Shown one piece after another: positions 12,382 to 25,824 of a stretch of 64,000 nucleotides of DNA. Below the pieces are notes generated by a model. It was not told the DNA's origin. It did no database searches and saw nothing but the letters and a program-made list of their open reading frames with translations. The DNA is taken from assembly GCA_013265495.1 (NCBI GenBank), contig MU058718.1, positions 2,999,779-3,063,778 on the forward strand. The letters run 5' to 3'. The stretch comes from Vicugna vicugna. Taxonomy: Eukaryota. The translations under genes were made by a program, and so were the position numbers. Within the stretch, counting starts at the first letter, position 1. The number at the start of each line of letters is the position of its first letter.

Positions 12382-13347
12382 CCTTTAGCAATTTTTGTCA
12401 AAACATTAAAAATTCTCTTACTGTTGGTTACAAATGTCCAGGGAAATAGAAAAAATTCATATTTAGTGTTCTAATTTGAAGTATTAGAAATACTGAGAAT
12501 TAAAGTGTTTCATTTCTTCGCAAAAGTAGTTGGAGTAGTGCTTGCCTATCTTTCACGGTGTAAGTTATGATACAGAACAATCATTTTTTTCTGTGACTTG
12601 GCAAATTATAATCCTCCTTTCTAAATTTAGGTCAGCTTCCAACATTTTATTTTTTGCATTTTCAATGATGTGAAATAAAGATCTTTGGGGATTCCTTTAA
12701 TGTAGAGGGTTTTGTTTGTTTGTGGGTTTTTTTGTTTTGTTTTGTTTCGCTTTTTTGCCAGCATCACTTCCTCTGGGACATTTCCATCATTTTCCTCCTA
12801 CTTTCTCACTGTTGTCAGTTTTGCCTTCCTTAAGTTCCTCCGGCTCCGTATCTAGAGTCTCCTTAGCAGCAGCAATGTCAACATCCCATGGTTAGATAGT
12901 TCTTCTATAATTCCAGTTACATTGATTCAAATTTTACTTCCATTGTTACCACTTTTCATTTTGGTTCCACACATGCATCATTGTTAATGTTGAAATGTTC
13001 ATTTTTTTGAAATGCCATATGAGTTTATCACTAGGAGACAAGGAGGCAATACAACCGCACACTTTGCTGTCTATACACGAACTGAATAACAGATGTGCAA
13101 TGGCCAATGATGGACAGACTTGAAAAGAAGTGATATGATTGGTTACTGATCATGCAATGCTTCTGTCATTTACACAGTGATCTGTTGACTAAATTGCTAA
13201 CAGTAAAGTTTTCCTTTATGCAAGTACTCACAGGTAATATGTTGGAGTAACCGAAATTTAACTTTGTTGATAGATTGCTGTTATTTAACTAACCCATGGT
13301 AACTGAAATTCATGTCTGTTAAGCTTGTGTAAAGCTTGTGCTGCCTG
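12276..13347 (-). mobile_element. Ancient TcMar-Tigger DNA transposon fossil inserted into an old L1 remnant; left end duplicated at 12143
   Basis: Ends ta|ccagcagt... and ...ctgcctg; minus strand near 12600-12780 reads VPEEVMLAK and IENAKNKMLEADLNLERRIIIC, like a Tigger transposase C-terminus. Confidence 0.75.
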
Positions 13348-13680
13348 TGTGTGTATTTTTTAAATTATTTTTTTATAAAATTGAGGTTATGAATAGATAA
13401 TCTTGCACCTTGCTTTTTTCAATTTAGCATTATATCATAAGGTATTAACTAGTCTCTAGTAATATTGTAGAATAACATATGTGATTGGGAAAATACCGAG
13501 GGAATGGTAAAAGGAGAGCTATGGATTGGCAGAGTGACTAGCTTCCCAGTGAGAAGCAGCAAAGGGAAAGGAGCAGATTGGCCAATGTTTTTGTTACATT
13601 GAGAAGAAGCTTAAGTTGGCTAGAATGTAGGATCTATGTTAGGATAAAAATAACAATAATGTCCAAAAGTCCATTTAAAA

Positions 13681-13910
13681 AATAATAGTAATAGCTAGCA
13701 TTATTGAATGCTTAGTATATTCATGGTACTTTTCAAGCATTATCTCGCCTACTCTTCAAATCTTAGATGCTGCCATTCCCATTCTTACATATGAGGACAC
13801 TGGAGCTCAGAGAGGTCACTGAGTTTGTCCAGGTCACACAGCTGTGTGACAGAGCCAGAAGTGAACCCAGATTCATATCGTCCTGCCCCTGACTGCTCTA
13901 TAACACTGCC
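13681..13910 (-). mobile_element. MIR SINE
   Basis: atgaggacactggagctcagagagg...ccaggtcacacagct...gagccagaagtgaacccag. Confidence 0.85.
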
Positions 13911-13959
13911 CAACTAAAGCATTTTTCAGTTTACATAAATCTTTTGCATCTATTGATAA

Positions 13960-14116
13960 AAGATGTGCAATTGGGCAAGTTGTACAAGATTTCCAAGGTG
14001 CACTGAAGTCTAGCCTGTGCCACTAGCCAAGTCTGAGCCAGCAGACTGCGTACGTCCAGGAGGGATGCCTTTTTCTAATGAGCACAGAGGTGCAGTATAG
14101 GCTCGTCTTGGTCCTG
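13960..14116 (-). mobile_element. MER91-like hAT-Tip100 remnant
   Basis: gatgcctttttctaatgagcacagaggtgcagtataggct...gtcctg resembles the MER91A end. Confidence 0.5.
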
Positions 14117-14905
14117 ATCAACATGACTGATTCTCAGCACAACCTCAGAACTGACAGTTGACAGAACAGTTAGGATTACTCCCATTTTATACTAAAAATA
14201 AAACCCCGAGGCTCACACTGGGAAAATGATTTATCTAAGGAGAGAAATGAACTGGTGAGGTAAAGATGTGGTTGAGGAAGGGATTAGATTCCAGACTGAG
14301 CAGATTTCACCTGCAGCAAAAGACAATAGGGGATTGTAGACATTTATAAATCAGGCTACACATCTGACTTCAGCAGAGTAAAATGGTAAGTCACAGACAT
14401 CCACCTGGAGCAGATTCCCCTGGGCAGCTAGCTGGACGCCTTCCACCCGGCTAAATCATCTCTTTTCCAGAATCCCGGTTCCTTCTTGCATTTGGATCAG
14501 ACCTTTGGAGACACCTTCATTTCCCTGGAGCAGTAAATAGTCACCAAGATATAAAAAGAGTGAATCTGAAAGCACATTTCCCTTCATCTCACTGCCTTCC
14601 ATAACTGCACTTTATCGACCTCTTTTAACTAGAGAACTGTAATAACTGTTGTTACTACCGTGAGAATATCCAGGCCGAGGATTTTTCTGAGTATTTCTGA
14701 GCCACTGGTTATACTCTTAACCTTGCTGAAAAATGCTGTTGCATCTTTACATAGGGACCCATAGGGGTCTACCTTTCCTGAGTGAATCTAGCAGTTCCTC
14801 TGGGAATTACAAACTGCACAAGAATCCTTGAAAGAAAATGACTCGGTAAGAACCAACTCATCCTACTTCCAAGAACAGCCAAATGGTTAGTAGGCATTAA
14901 AAAGC

Positions 14906-14970
14906 AAAATAAAATAAAATAAAATAAAATAAAATAAAATAAAATAAAATAAAATAAAAAATAAAAAAAT
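14906..14970. repeat. (AAAAT)n pentanucleotide microsatellite
   Basis: About 10 perfect units plus an A-rich tail. Confidence 0.95.
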
Positions 14971-15461
14971 AATCCCAGAGACTGGCCTGAGAAATGCGAT
15001 TCAAAAAATAGGTTCCTAGTCTAATGTCTGGAAAATTCTAGACACTATACCTCTTGTTCAGAGCGTCACAAATCTCTCTGAGAGTCCTTCATTGTAGGTA
15101 AGGAATGTTTTAAATTTTTACAAAGCCAGTGTTTTCCATATATTTAGCTAAGGCGAGAAATTCAACATCAACAAAAATTTTTATTTTTTTCAATTATTAT
15201 TATCCCAATGAACAAGAGTTCTTTGGGACATGTTTTGAGAAATGCTGGACCACGGCCATGGACAAATTTGGGTATGAACAGTTACTTCTGTCTTTAAACT
15301 CAGAGCTATTTCCTGTCTCTGAGTCCAGGGCTGGAGGGGCAGTAACACGAAATGGACCAGGAATGACAGACCTCTCCTGCTGAGGGAAGAACAGCAGTTT
15401 TCAAACCTCATGGTGCTTTGTGTGTGGGGCTGAGCAGATCGGCTTCTGTTCTCCCCTGCTC

Positions 15462-15656
15462 TTTTTTTTTTTTTTTTCCCCAATTGAAGTATAGTCAGTT
15501 CAATGTTGTGTCAATTTCTGGTATACAGCATAATGTTTCAGTCATACATGTACATACATATATTTGTTTTCATATTCTTTTTCATTATAGGTTACTACAA
15601 GATATTGAATATAGTCCCCTGCGCTATACAGAAGAAACTTGTTTATCTGGTTTTGT
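15462..15656 (-). mobile_element. Young L1 3' UTR fragment
   Basis: Poly-T then aattgaagtatagtcagtt...ggttactacaagatattgaatatagtccc. Confidence 0.9.
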
Positions 15657-16061
15657 GAGGATTTTCTTGTATTTCTGAAGGGAGAGATATTCTGCCAAGT
15701 TCAGTAGGTATTCTGTGTGAATTAATCCATTTTTAGATGTAAATTTTTGGTATATTCGTGGGAGAGGGAGACTTACATGTCCTTCTTCTCTGCTGTCTTG
15801 GAAACTCCCTCCCCTCCCCTTCAACCCGAGCAACTGTGCTTTTATCTGCTCTAGGAATGGAGATTTCTTTGAGGTTTCATTAGAAAAATTTTTAGAAGTT
15901 TCCTTTGGCAAAACAAAAACACAGAACAATTTTTAAACCAACAATAAAAGACAAATCCAAAAGGGGAGTAGTGTTTTAAAATCCATACATGGAGCAAAAA
16001 TCTAGAAGTGATAAATACTTTCTATGAACTTCTACATTCACTTAACCTCTTTGAGAATTGG

Positions 16062-16432
16062 TACTATGAACTTCCCTCAAAATCCAAAACAAACAAACAA
16101 ACAAAAAACATACTTGAACCACTAATCCCCAAGGGGACAGTACTTGGAGGTGGGTCCTTTGGGAGTAATTAGATTTAGATGAGGTTGTGAGGGTGGAGCC
16201 CATGGGATTAGTGCCCTTCTAGCAAGATGAAGAGACCAGAGCTCTCTCTGCCTTGTGAGGACATAGCAAGAAGGAGGTCATCTGTAAACCAGGAACTGGG
16301 TCCTCACTAGATGCCAAATTTTCTGGCACCTTGCTCTTGGACTTGCCAGCCTCCAGATCTGTGAGAAATAAATGCTTTCTGTTTAACCCACCCAGTTTAT
16401 GGCATTTTGTTACAGCAGCCCAAATTAAGATG
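16062..16432 (+). mobile_element. MLT1A-like MaLR solo LTR
   Basis: gaggtgggtcctttggg...gggattagtgccctt...cttggacttgccagcctccagatctgtgagaaataaat; 5-bp flanks attgg/cttgg. Confidence 0.88.
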
Positions 16433-16564
16433 CTTGGTTTTCCTGTCTGCGAAATAGGAATGGTAATGTCACGAGGATTAAAAAAAGACTTTTGAAAAAA
16501 AAATAGATGCTAAATTTAAGGTAGAATGGAGGAGGTAGAGGAGCATGGAAAGAAAAGTGAACAT

Positions 16565-16940
16565 CAGTTTTTGTTTGTCCATCATCTGAATGTCCTCCCT
16601 GTGTTTGGGGACATAATCACTGTGTATTTGGTTGGAGGCCAACTGGGTGTCCCCATTGAGGTCTTCAATACTGGAGTGAGTGGCGCAGAGGAGGCTGGGC
16701 AGATTCTGTTCAGCAGCAGTGGTACCAGCTACGGCAGGCAGTCCCTGGAAATGGTGCTGCCTGAGCCAAGCTGTTTGTGTGACCTGAGAGTTGGGCTGTG
16801 AACTTCCTTTGTTCCCCATCTAGGTTCTGAGTCTGGTTCTCTGGGCTTCCCATAGAGTCTGTGAGCTCCTCTATACCCTTCTGCTTAGCTCTTTACAGCT
16901 TACGTTAGTCAGAGCCCTTTCAAGTGAGAGCTGTGACAGG
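16565..16940 (+). mobile_element. Old ERVL-type LTR remnant (LTR16/LTR33-like)
   Basis: 3' end cagcttacgttagtcagagc and overall layout resemble ancient ERVL LTRs. Confidence 0.4.
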
Positions 16941-18144
16941 CACAGACGTGGCATATCAGAGAGTGGGCACGGGGGGGATGGTGGCAGACTGGGGTAGTAG
17001 TAGCTTGAGCAGAACTAAGGCTCATCACTAACACTTGACTTTAAGGGACTGGGTGAACTAGAATCCCTATCTGGGTCCTATTCCTGCAGATTCTCGAAGA
17101 TATTTTATCAGAGGACAGTCTTTTATGCCCTCTGTAGTAATAATTCATAATTTTTGTTACATTATCAGGTAGAGACCTGTAGAACATCTCTTTTTATTTT
17201 GAACGTCTCCCTGTGCTTAGTTTCATTAGGATCTAATGCAACCTCATGTTTTAAAATGTCTTAAGATCAAATTAGATGAGAACAGAGTCACATAGGCAGC
17301 GAGAATGCCAGAGAACACAATAAAAAAGAAAGATAACACCCATGAAAAATAGTCTGCTAGAATTCTAACCCAAACAGCCCTTGAGTAGTGGGGACCAAGG
17401 GAGTTAATTTCCATTTTACTGCAGACTTCAGCCTTGCCTTTTGCTGTTGACTGCAGAGAGGAAAGCGGTGCAGGTCAAAGTGGTGAGAAGGACCCTCAAG
17501 GTTATCTTCATGGACAGGGACAGACAGGAATTTGGTGTCATTTATGCAGGGCCCCTTAGGGATTTGGGGGTGTTGCTGCCACCTCATCTGTATTTCTAGA
17601 GAAGTCACCTCACTCTACTTTTAAAATCTAGTGGCAGATGAAACCAACAGCTGTAAACGTTCACGTCTGGCTTATTCATGTACCTCAGGGAACTATCAAA
17701 AAAAGCTTAAAACTGCTACATGGTTTACGATATCTTTATAAAGACTCTGGAAAAATACAGCAGGTGGAAGCCTCACCATATTGACTTGAGACATTAGAGT
17801 AGTGGTGAGTCGCCTCAAACAGCTCCTTCTGCTTTAGCTCAGTACCCCATGGCACTGAAGTTCTCCAGCCTTACAGAGATGACTGAAATTCTTGGCCAGT
17901 GACCCTGCCATTGGCCACCTCCAGCCTAAGGAGCCAACACCCGAGATGAAATCAAAACAATGAGATTATGGTTTGGCTGCCACTCTACTTTGATGGCTTC
18001 TAAGGTTGGACATTGCCTGTCACCACCAGCAACAACTCAGCTGAGCTATTAAACCCCAAACAAGATCTCACTTTGTTTAAAGATCTTTACATTTTTCAAA
18101 CATTTGGTATACTTGTAATTGGGGAATTATGGAGTCATGGCAGC

Positions 18145-18400
18145 AATAATAATAACAATAATAGTAATAACAAGAGTCAGGGTTTATCGAGCATTTATTA
18201 AGTGACAGGTACCAAAAGTTTTCCAAAAGTTTCTAACCTTTAAGCCTTGCAACATGCAAGACAGATATTAATATTCCTATGTTTATAAATGAGGAATCCC
18301 AGACTCAGAGGTGTTGTATGATCCAAAATCATGGAGGTACCTGGATTTGAATCTCAGTCTAGTGGCCCCTCTCTCTGCTTTTAATTCCTTCTCACCCCTG
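18145..18400 (-). mobile_element. MIR SINE with (AAT)n tail
   Basis: tttatcgagcatttattaagtgacagg...aatgaggaatcccagactcagagg...ggatttgaatctcag. Confidence 0.7.
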
Positions 18401-18935
18401 CTTCAGAGGCACAGAATTTACTTTTGAACCATTAGCTACATGAACTCCAGAACAGGGTGACTTGCTTAATCTGAGAGTTCTTTGGTAAAAGCTGGATGGC
18501 CCCATTATAATTTTACATTATGAGACTGCATGAAAACGAGAAAGAGGTTATTCCCACCCTTTCCCTCTTCCCGGAACAAACTTGAGTTGTATAGGTGTGA
18601 GGGTAAAAGGTGGTTTACTGGGTGGGGGACTCAAATGTGGGAACGATCCAGGGGGCCTAGGGTGACCTTTACTGGAGAAGCAGTGGGGGACTCCTACGGT
18701 GAACAAAACCTGCTGATGTTACAACAGCAGCCACAGGAAACAGGGTACCAGGAGAGAAGGAAGAACTCTAGCTTTCTAGGCTGTTGTAGAGAAAAAACCT
18801 CATGGAACTGTAATGGGGCAGAGTGAAATCATGGAATGGTAACAGTTATAGCTACTATTTATTAAGTGTTTGCTGTATGTAAGTTCTATTCTAATTGCTT
18901 GACATGTATTAATTCACTTAATACTTACATTGCTA

Positions 18936-19216
18936 CCTTCCTACACTGTTGGTAGGAGTGTAGTTTGGTGCAGCCATTATGGAAAACAGTATGGAGGTTC
19001 CTTTAAAAACTACAAATAGACTTACCCTATGATCCAGCAATCCCACTCTTGGGCATATATCCTGAGGAATCTCTAATTCAAAAAGACACCTGTGCCCCAA
19101 TGTTCAAAGCAGCACTATTTATAATAGCCAAGACATGGAATCAACCTAAATGTCCATCAACAGATGACTGGATAAAGAAGTTGTGTGTATATACATATAT
19201 GTATATGTGTGTATAT

Positions 19217-19265
<49 letters not shown>

Positions 19266-19728
19266 AATACTACTCAGCCATAAAAAAGAATAAAATAATG
19301 CCATCTGCAGCAACATGGATGGACCTGGAGATCATCATTCTAAGTGAAGTAAGCCAGAAAAAAAAAGAAAACTATGGCATCATTTGTATATGGGATCTAT
19401 GAAAAAGACACAAATGAACTTATTTATAAAACAGAAAGAGACTCACAGACATAGAAAACAAAGTTATGGTTACCAAGGGGGAGAGGGGGTGGGAAGAGAT
19501 ACATTGGGAGTTCTGTATTTGCAGATACTAACTACTGTATATAAAATACACAACAAGTTTCTACTGTAAAGCACAGGGAACTACATTCAATGTATTGTAC
19601 CTATAATGAAAAGGAATATGAAAATGAATATATGTACATACATGTATATGACTGAAACATTATGTTGTACACCAGAAGTTGACACAACATTGTAAACTGA
19701 CTACATTTCAATAAAAAAAGAAAGAAAG
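18936..19728 (+). mobile_element. Young 5'-truncated L1 (end of ORF2, 3' UTR, A-rich tail) with TSD
   Basis: ORF2 C-terminal motifs (QPKCPSTDDWIKKL, ATWMDLEIIILSEVSQ); TSD aatacttacattgcta (18920-18935) / aaaacttccattgcta (19729-19744). Confidence 0.95.
19221..19263. repeat. (AC)21 microsatellite within the L1
   Basis: Read directly from the sequence. Confidence 0.95.
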
Positions 19729-20469
19729 AAAACTTCCATTGCTAGAAAGTAAGTACTGATTGCAGTGTCCTTTTATGGATGAGGAATCACAAAGAAGTTA
19801 AGCAATTTGCCCAAATCACACAAGGAGAGTTGGAGAGCAGGATTCAAGTTCAAGCCCTTTGCTTTCAGAGCTCACCCCCTTTTCCACTCTATCATTCAGC
19901 CTCTGGAGGAAATGAACACACATGAGGCTGACTGGTAGTAGATGACACAACCAAATAGAAGACCACGCTAAAGCAGACAACAGATATTAAAGCAAAACCG
20001 AGTTCAATGTCATCTCACCGTCTTGGCAAGGACTAGCTCACACACTAATGACTGTGGCAACTGCTTACTGGAAAAATTGCAGAGGACAATGGAATCTGAT
20101 CATCATGTTACAGAAGATAAAACATGAACTGGGTATAATAGGTCACCTGGCTCTCACAGGTACTAACTCTGAACTCACGGCTGCTATGCCCAAGTGACAT
20201 CTCTGCCAATTTCCCTCTTTCTTGTCAAAGCCACATCAACTTGGAGTCACTTTCCATCCCTTTATTAGTGATTAATTAAGTTCTCTCAATTCCTTCTCAG
20301 AAATTTTACCATCTCCACTGAGTTTTATGGGCTTCATCTGAATTTTGCAACAATGCCTCTCAGGTCACCCTGACTCTGTCTCTCCTTTCTAACCTGAACC
20401 AAATTCCTCTGCCAGATGAACCTCCCAGAGTGGCCTGAAACATTGGAACTGATGTTAAACAAGGAACCA

Positions 20470-20610
20470 TGATAGCTGTGCTCTGTTCTAGCTCTGCCAC
20501 TAGGTAAGTGACACTGGGGGAGACCTCTGGGTCTTTAGATTCTACAATCATCAAAGGAGAAGTTGGAGTCGATGCTCTCCAAGGTCCCTTCCAGTGCTGT
20601 AATTATATGA
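20470..20610 (+). mobile_element. MIR3-like SINE remnant
   Basis: ctagctctgccactag...ctctccaaggtcccttccagtgctgtaattatatga. Confidence 0.6.
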
Positions 20611-21289
20611 AGGCATGAATGAGCCAATTCTTTGCTTTTATACTTGCCTGTAGATTTTTGTTTGAATGTTTAAGCCTGATGCTCAAAGCCCCATATAAGT
20701 TTTCTCACACCACGGTGCAAGATAGTCATGCCATATTCATTTCCAAATCCCAGCTTTTCTTCCTGCTGTTCTTGCTTCCCAGAAAGTCCAATTCCATCTT
20801 CTTTGTAGCCTAAACCTTAGACCATCACTAAGGTTCTGCTCAAGGACCATATTTTCCACTGACTCCCTGAGTGACCTCTGGCTGCAACACTGCAATTCTC
20901 CATAAAATGTATGTGCATGGTTCTCCCTAAATAAAAATGTGATTTATATAACAGTCATGGACTCTAGGCTAAAACAGAGGCAAAAAAAAATTAAGTAAAA
21001 TAGTGATGACTTAATTTGCATACATTTCATATAAATCCTGAGCATTGCGCATTTTATCATTATTTTTCCACAAATGTTAATCACAATAAAATGTGAAAAC
21101 AGCCTTATCTAGATGTTTAAAAACTAAAAATTTATGAATAACATGATGTAAACTGATACATCCTTTAGGAGGAATTTTAAAATATTCTCAATGCCTCCCT
21201 GTTGATGATTCAGAAAAATGTTTCAAACATGATTAAATAATGAGTTGTTCCTATTTCAAAGGGAAAAAAAAATGTATGTGTATGGTAGG

Positions 21290-21520
21290 CAGCAGCCTGG
21301 ACTCTGGAGGCAGACTGCCTGGATTCAGATCCTGGCTCTGCTGTTTACTAGCTGCTAGTTAACCTCTCTATGCCTCCGCTTCACCACGTGTAAAATGGGA
21401 TCATAATAGAAGCTACTTAGTAAGATCACTGTGAGGATTAATATATGTGTTAGTATACGTAAGACACAAAGAGCTTCAGGCATGTAGTAAACATTCTATA
21501 AATGCCACCCGTTTAATTAT
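21290..21520 (+). mobile_element. MIR SINE
   Basis: ggactctggaggcagactgcctggattcagatcctggctctg...tgtaaaatggg...gtgaggattaa. Confidence 0.85.
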
Positions 21521-23079
21521 TACAACTAAATTTCACACACTTTAAATAAATCTTAGAATTACTGTAACTTATTTTGCAGGAGGAAACAAGATCAGGAAAA
21601 ACAAAAGGAGAACAAAAATCAGTCTAATATCAGTTCTATATCTACGGGTATTTCTGAGTGTTAGGAAGAGTGCGTTCACAGGAGGCATCTATCCATGACT
21701 CTCAGAATGGATAGCATATGTCTTCAGCTATTCAGGAAGAAGAACCACATTTATCCCTTGTGATGGACCAAAAAAATAGGGAAACAGCAACAATAATGCA
21801 TAAGCAGGAATTGAAAAACTACAGCTCTTCAGTATCTGACATACATCTTTAAGAACACAATTCTTTTTTAAAAAACGCTTTCCTTTTACCACCAAATGCC
21901 TAATTTTAACGCTGAGGAGTCTGTTTCAGATCAGTAGGGCCCTTTCATCACTGTGTCGTTAGAAGAATGTCAGTGTGGTGTTGATGTAGCAGCCGTACCC
22001 GCACCGGTGGGTGACAGGGTGAAGCTCGGAGCATTTGGTGCCAGGGTGGGGAAGGGAACTCAGAGCATTGCCACCAAGTTCTTCTTCCAGACATGCATCT
22101 GGAGGCGGTCAGCGAGGACCTATGTGATACACCGAGACTTTAAACCATTTTGGTTTGGCAAACGAAGTTTCTGACATAACCAAACATAATAAGGATTCTG
22201 CAGCTATAGTCACTGGCTTGTCTCTAATGTCTTGATTTTTTTCTCAGTCTTTACAGCCAAATTGTAAGAGTTGGGAATGAGAACCTCTAATGGATTTCCT
22301 GGCACTATGTAACTTAATACATAATAAGATGAAAATCCTCTGAAAACGTATATGAAGGCCATTATGTTGACGAGAAGTTATCACAAGAAAGGGGAGAAAG
22401 TGAAAAATGTGTGTAGAATAAAACAATAAAAATTTCCTTATTTCATCAGCTTATCTTTTTACTTCTTTTTATTGGGAGTTCTAAACATGATCAAAGTGAA
22501 ATGTGTTCATTTTGCCTTGAACCTTCTCACTGAGGGACTGAAGGGGCGTTTCTCGAATACTAAGCAATACGAATTTCCTGTAGAGCAAGTGAGCTCCCTT
22601 CAGAAGTGCTCTGGAAGGCAAAATTCACCTAGTTTTGTTACCTTGCTCACCACCAAGTCAAACAAATTCCCGATGTCAAGTTGGACAGGAAGAGGGTTGT
22701 GACATTAAGTGTGACATTCCACTGAAGGTGAGATGACAGGTATATTGTGTTTGTCAGACCACGCACGGCTTCACAAACCACTTCCTGTCTGTAGGTCGGT
22801 TTCACAGGAGACGCAGACCAAAGCATCCTGCTGCAGTAGCACGGGCTGCCTGGAAGGCTTCCTCGTGCTTTTGTACAGCCTTCAGAAGAGACGTGAGGTC
22901 TAGAGCCATAAAGGGGTCGGTTACAATTCCTGGGGTGAAAGCATGGCGAAACATTAAAGTAATAAGTGTACTGAAGTTGGGAATACAATTATTTTCTTGA
23001 GTACTGATCACAGAGAAGATAAGATCATCTAATGATCCTACTCATCAAATGAGATGATCAGTGGGTCCATATGTAAGCT

Positions 23080-23212
23080 TTTTATTATTATTATTATTAT
23101 TGAAGCATAGTCAGTTTACAATGCGTCAGTTTCTGGTGTACAGCATAATGTTTCAGCCATACGTATACATACATATATTCTTTTTCATTATAGGTTACTA
23201 CAAGATATTGAA
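23080..23212 (-). mobile_element. Young L1 3' end (about 133 bp) with (ATT)n tail
   Basis: Same family as the 430 copy; TSD taagct at 23074-23079 and 23213-23218. Confidence 0.9.
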
Positions 23213-24121
23213 TAAGCTACCTTGATGGATAATGTCATTGATTTCATCCTGGTCTCTACTGGATTATGACTTATCTCAATAATAAAGCAAAACAAGTCCC
23301 CTCCTGCCCTGCCACGCCCCTCCTCAAAAAAGCCAAACAGAAACAAATGCTAATGTCACTTTCTCCAGAATATTAGGGAGTATGACAAGACATGAGAGCA
23401 TGACTTTGATCAGTAGTATAACATATTCACAAATACTTATTGAGGCTTATGTTGAATGCTTGGCTGGACGAATAACTGAAACACAGCTCTGAAGAGCTTA
23501 CAGTCTACTAAGTCAAGTCTTCCTGTCTCAAACAGAACCCGCGTGGCCAGGTGGGGTTGCATATTCACAGCAGAGGACTTTTGGAGACGTCTTTCACCTG
23601 CTGTGGTTCCTGTAGATCATTTTTACTTTATGTCTTTGGAGATGAAATTATTTTCACACTATGTAGAGCTGTCTGGCTCAAACCTCACACATTTCATGAA
23701 AAAAAGAGATATCATTTCCAGGCTAGAATGAAGTATAACTTTCTTTTGCTCAACTGAACTTTTCACAAGCACTACGGAGACTCCCTGAATTCTGGAAACA
23801 CAGTAGAATGTGAGGTCAAGAATTTGGCAAGTATCTGGGGAAAATCAATTCAGCTTTAACTTAGCATTTTATTGCCTCCTCACAAAATGAACCCAGAAGA
23901 CATAAAGACCCATATAAACTTACTGATTTACAACTTTCAAGGTATTTTCTGTTTCTCTTCAATGTGTTTATTTTGCTTTAAGTGTTTCAAATTGTTACTT
24001 CCTCCAAAAGGATATACACTGTCAATATTTCCAAAACATGAGAACTTCTCTAGCTGGGGCAAAAAGGAGAATGATTATAAAACTTCCTGGAGAGAACTTG
24101 CCCTATTTGTTTAATTCCCCT

Positions 24122-24235
24122 TCTAGACTGTGAGCAACTTGAAGGAAAGGATGCCTTGCTCATCTTTGTCACTAGGGGATGGGAGGTGCTCCAAAAATGT
24201 TTGTTGAATGAATGAATGAATGATGGATGGATGAA
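24122..24235 (+). mobile_element. L2 3' terminus
   Basis: ctagactgtgagc...aaatgtttgttgaatgaatgaatgaatg. Confidence 0.8.
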
Positions 24236-24820
24236 CGTCTGGGTCTTGAAGAAGGAGGTAGTAAGTAGAGATGGAGGAGATGTGGAGGAGGAGGGAGAAG
24301 CATTTACACAGCCTGGGAAGTATGGGAAGATGTTGGGGGAGGCATAGTGGCAGGCTCACTGGCAGTGTAGTTGAATGGATAGGCATGGTGGCAGAAACTC
24401 TGCAGTCATGATGGGATAGACATCTGCTTTTCCTGGTACTGTGACAACTGGTTTATCTTTTCCACATTTTGTTCTGTTTAGTTTCTCAAGGCCATGCTAG
24501 CTCAAGCCCCATAATAGGTTTCCATCTGGCCCCTATATCAATTTATGGGTAAAGAAGCCAGTTTCAGGGGTCCACCATGGAAGGCTAGCAGTCTGTGCAC
24601 TGCACAATTCCAGAGAGCATCCTCCCCATGCAGTACAATGTGCCACAGCCCTGTGCTTCCTTGATCTCCTGTATGAATGATGGAATACATTTACAAATTT
24701 ATGAAGCCTGTAAAAAGAGACATACTTTTAAGTATCTTTTCTCTTTGTTCATTACACATTCTTTAAGACCTTCTGAGTCTTCCGTTTTCCCTGGTTGTGA
24801 GAGTTATATTGTAAAAACAA

Positions 24821-24824
<4 letters not shown>

Positions 24825-24860
<36 letters not shown>
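24825..24860. repeat. (TG)18 microsatellite
   Basis: Read directly from the sequence. Confidence 0.95.
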
Positions 24861-24862
<2 letters not shown>

Positions 24863-24929
24863 GCCTCCACATTCTAACTCTCAGTGATCAAAGGGTACTG
24901 GCTTTGAACCCTTTCATACTGGAAGGAGT

Positions 24930-25175
24930 TCTGGTGGTGGAATGTTTGGATTCTGATCCTGGTTCTGTCACTTACTGTGTGATCTTATGCAGGCTGCTTA
25001 GCTTCTCTGTGCCTCAGTTTCCTTACCTGTAAAACAGGAGTAGTAAGAGCTCCTACCTTACAGAGCTGATGTAAGAAATAATTTAACTAATCTGTGTAAA
25101 GAATTTAGCACAGTGATTGGAACATAGGGAGTGCTCGCAGGTGACAACAATTCGGCTGCTGAAATAATTATTATT
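24930..25175 (+). mobile_element. MIR SINE
   Basis: cttctctgtgcctcagtttccttacctgtaaaacagg...ttagcacagtg. Confidence 0.88.
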
Positions 25176-25824
25176 GCTAGTACTGGACTACCAGGCTTGG
25201 TCTGCTGAGTAGAATTCCTGAGTCTCGACAGCTAGGACTGCCCACCTGGGGCCTGTCCCTTTCCAAAGGGCAGGCAGAGATACTCACATTCTTCCCAGGC
25301 TGCTCATTCCCTAAGGGTTAACCAGACCATCCCCAGATGGGGGCTGTTACATCACAAACACACACACACATTCTCAGCACACACGCAACCCCTCTGCTCC
25401 AGGAGCTGCCAACAACAATGCTATAGCATCAAGATGTTGTTAGGGTTCCCTTCCCTGTGTCTTTTTCCATCTGAGTCCATTGAAACAGAACTGTTGGATT
25501 TGAGAGGGAAATGGGAACTGAGACCTAGGGACAGCTCATGGGAAATAGAATTCTGATAGGTAAAATGGTTTTTGGCAAAGGATGACCACCAGAAAGGAGA
25601 CAGAGGACCAGTTTTGCTGTCATCTTGGTGGTAAGTGTGTGCATTGTCAGAGTGTGAAAGGGATGGGGCATGTGTTATGGAGAGTGACGTGGAAATCAAC
25701 AGTCAAGTTGGTGTGGGGGGACTAGGGACAGGTAGGCAATTAGAGAGGGAAAATCCACTAGCAAGTTGAAGACCAGAGTCCAACAAAGAGTAAAGATCAG
25801 AGAATTATAACACTTATTCTCTCA

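Larger units (their letters stand above)
18850..19895 (-). mobile_element. MIR SINE split by an L1 insertion (pieces about 18850-18935 and 19745-19895)
   Basis: MIR tail on the left; core ttttatggatgagg...gttaagcaatttgcccaaatcaca on the right. Confidence 0.7.

Noticed and set aside
14390..14851. Plus-strand splice-like signals (gtaagt at 14396, ttttccag at 14470, gtaaga at 14846)
   Set aside because: Stops in all three frames after the acceptor and no linked exons; not distinguishable from background
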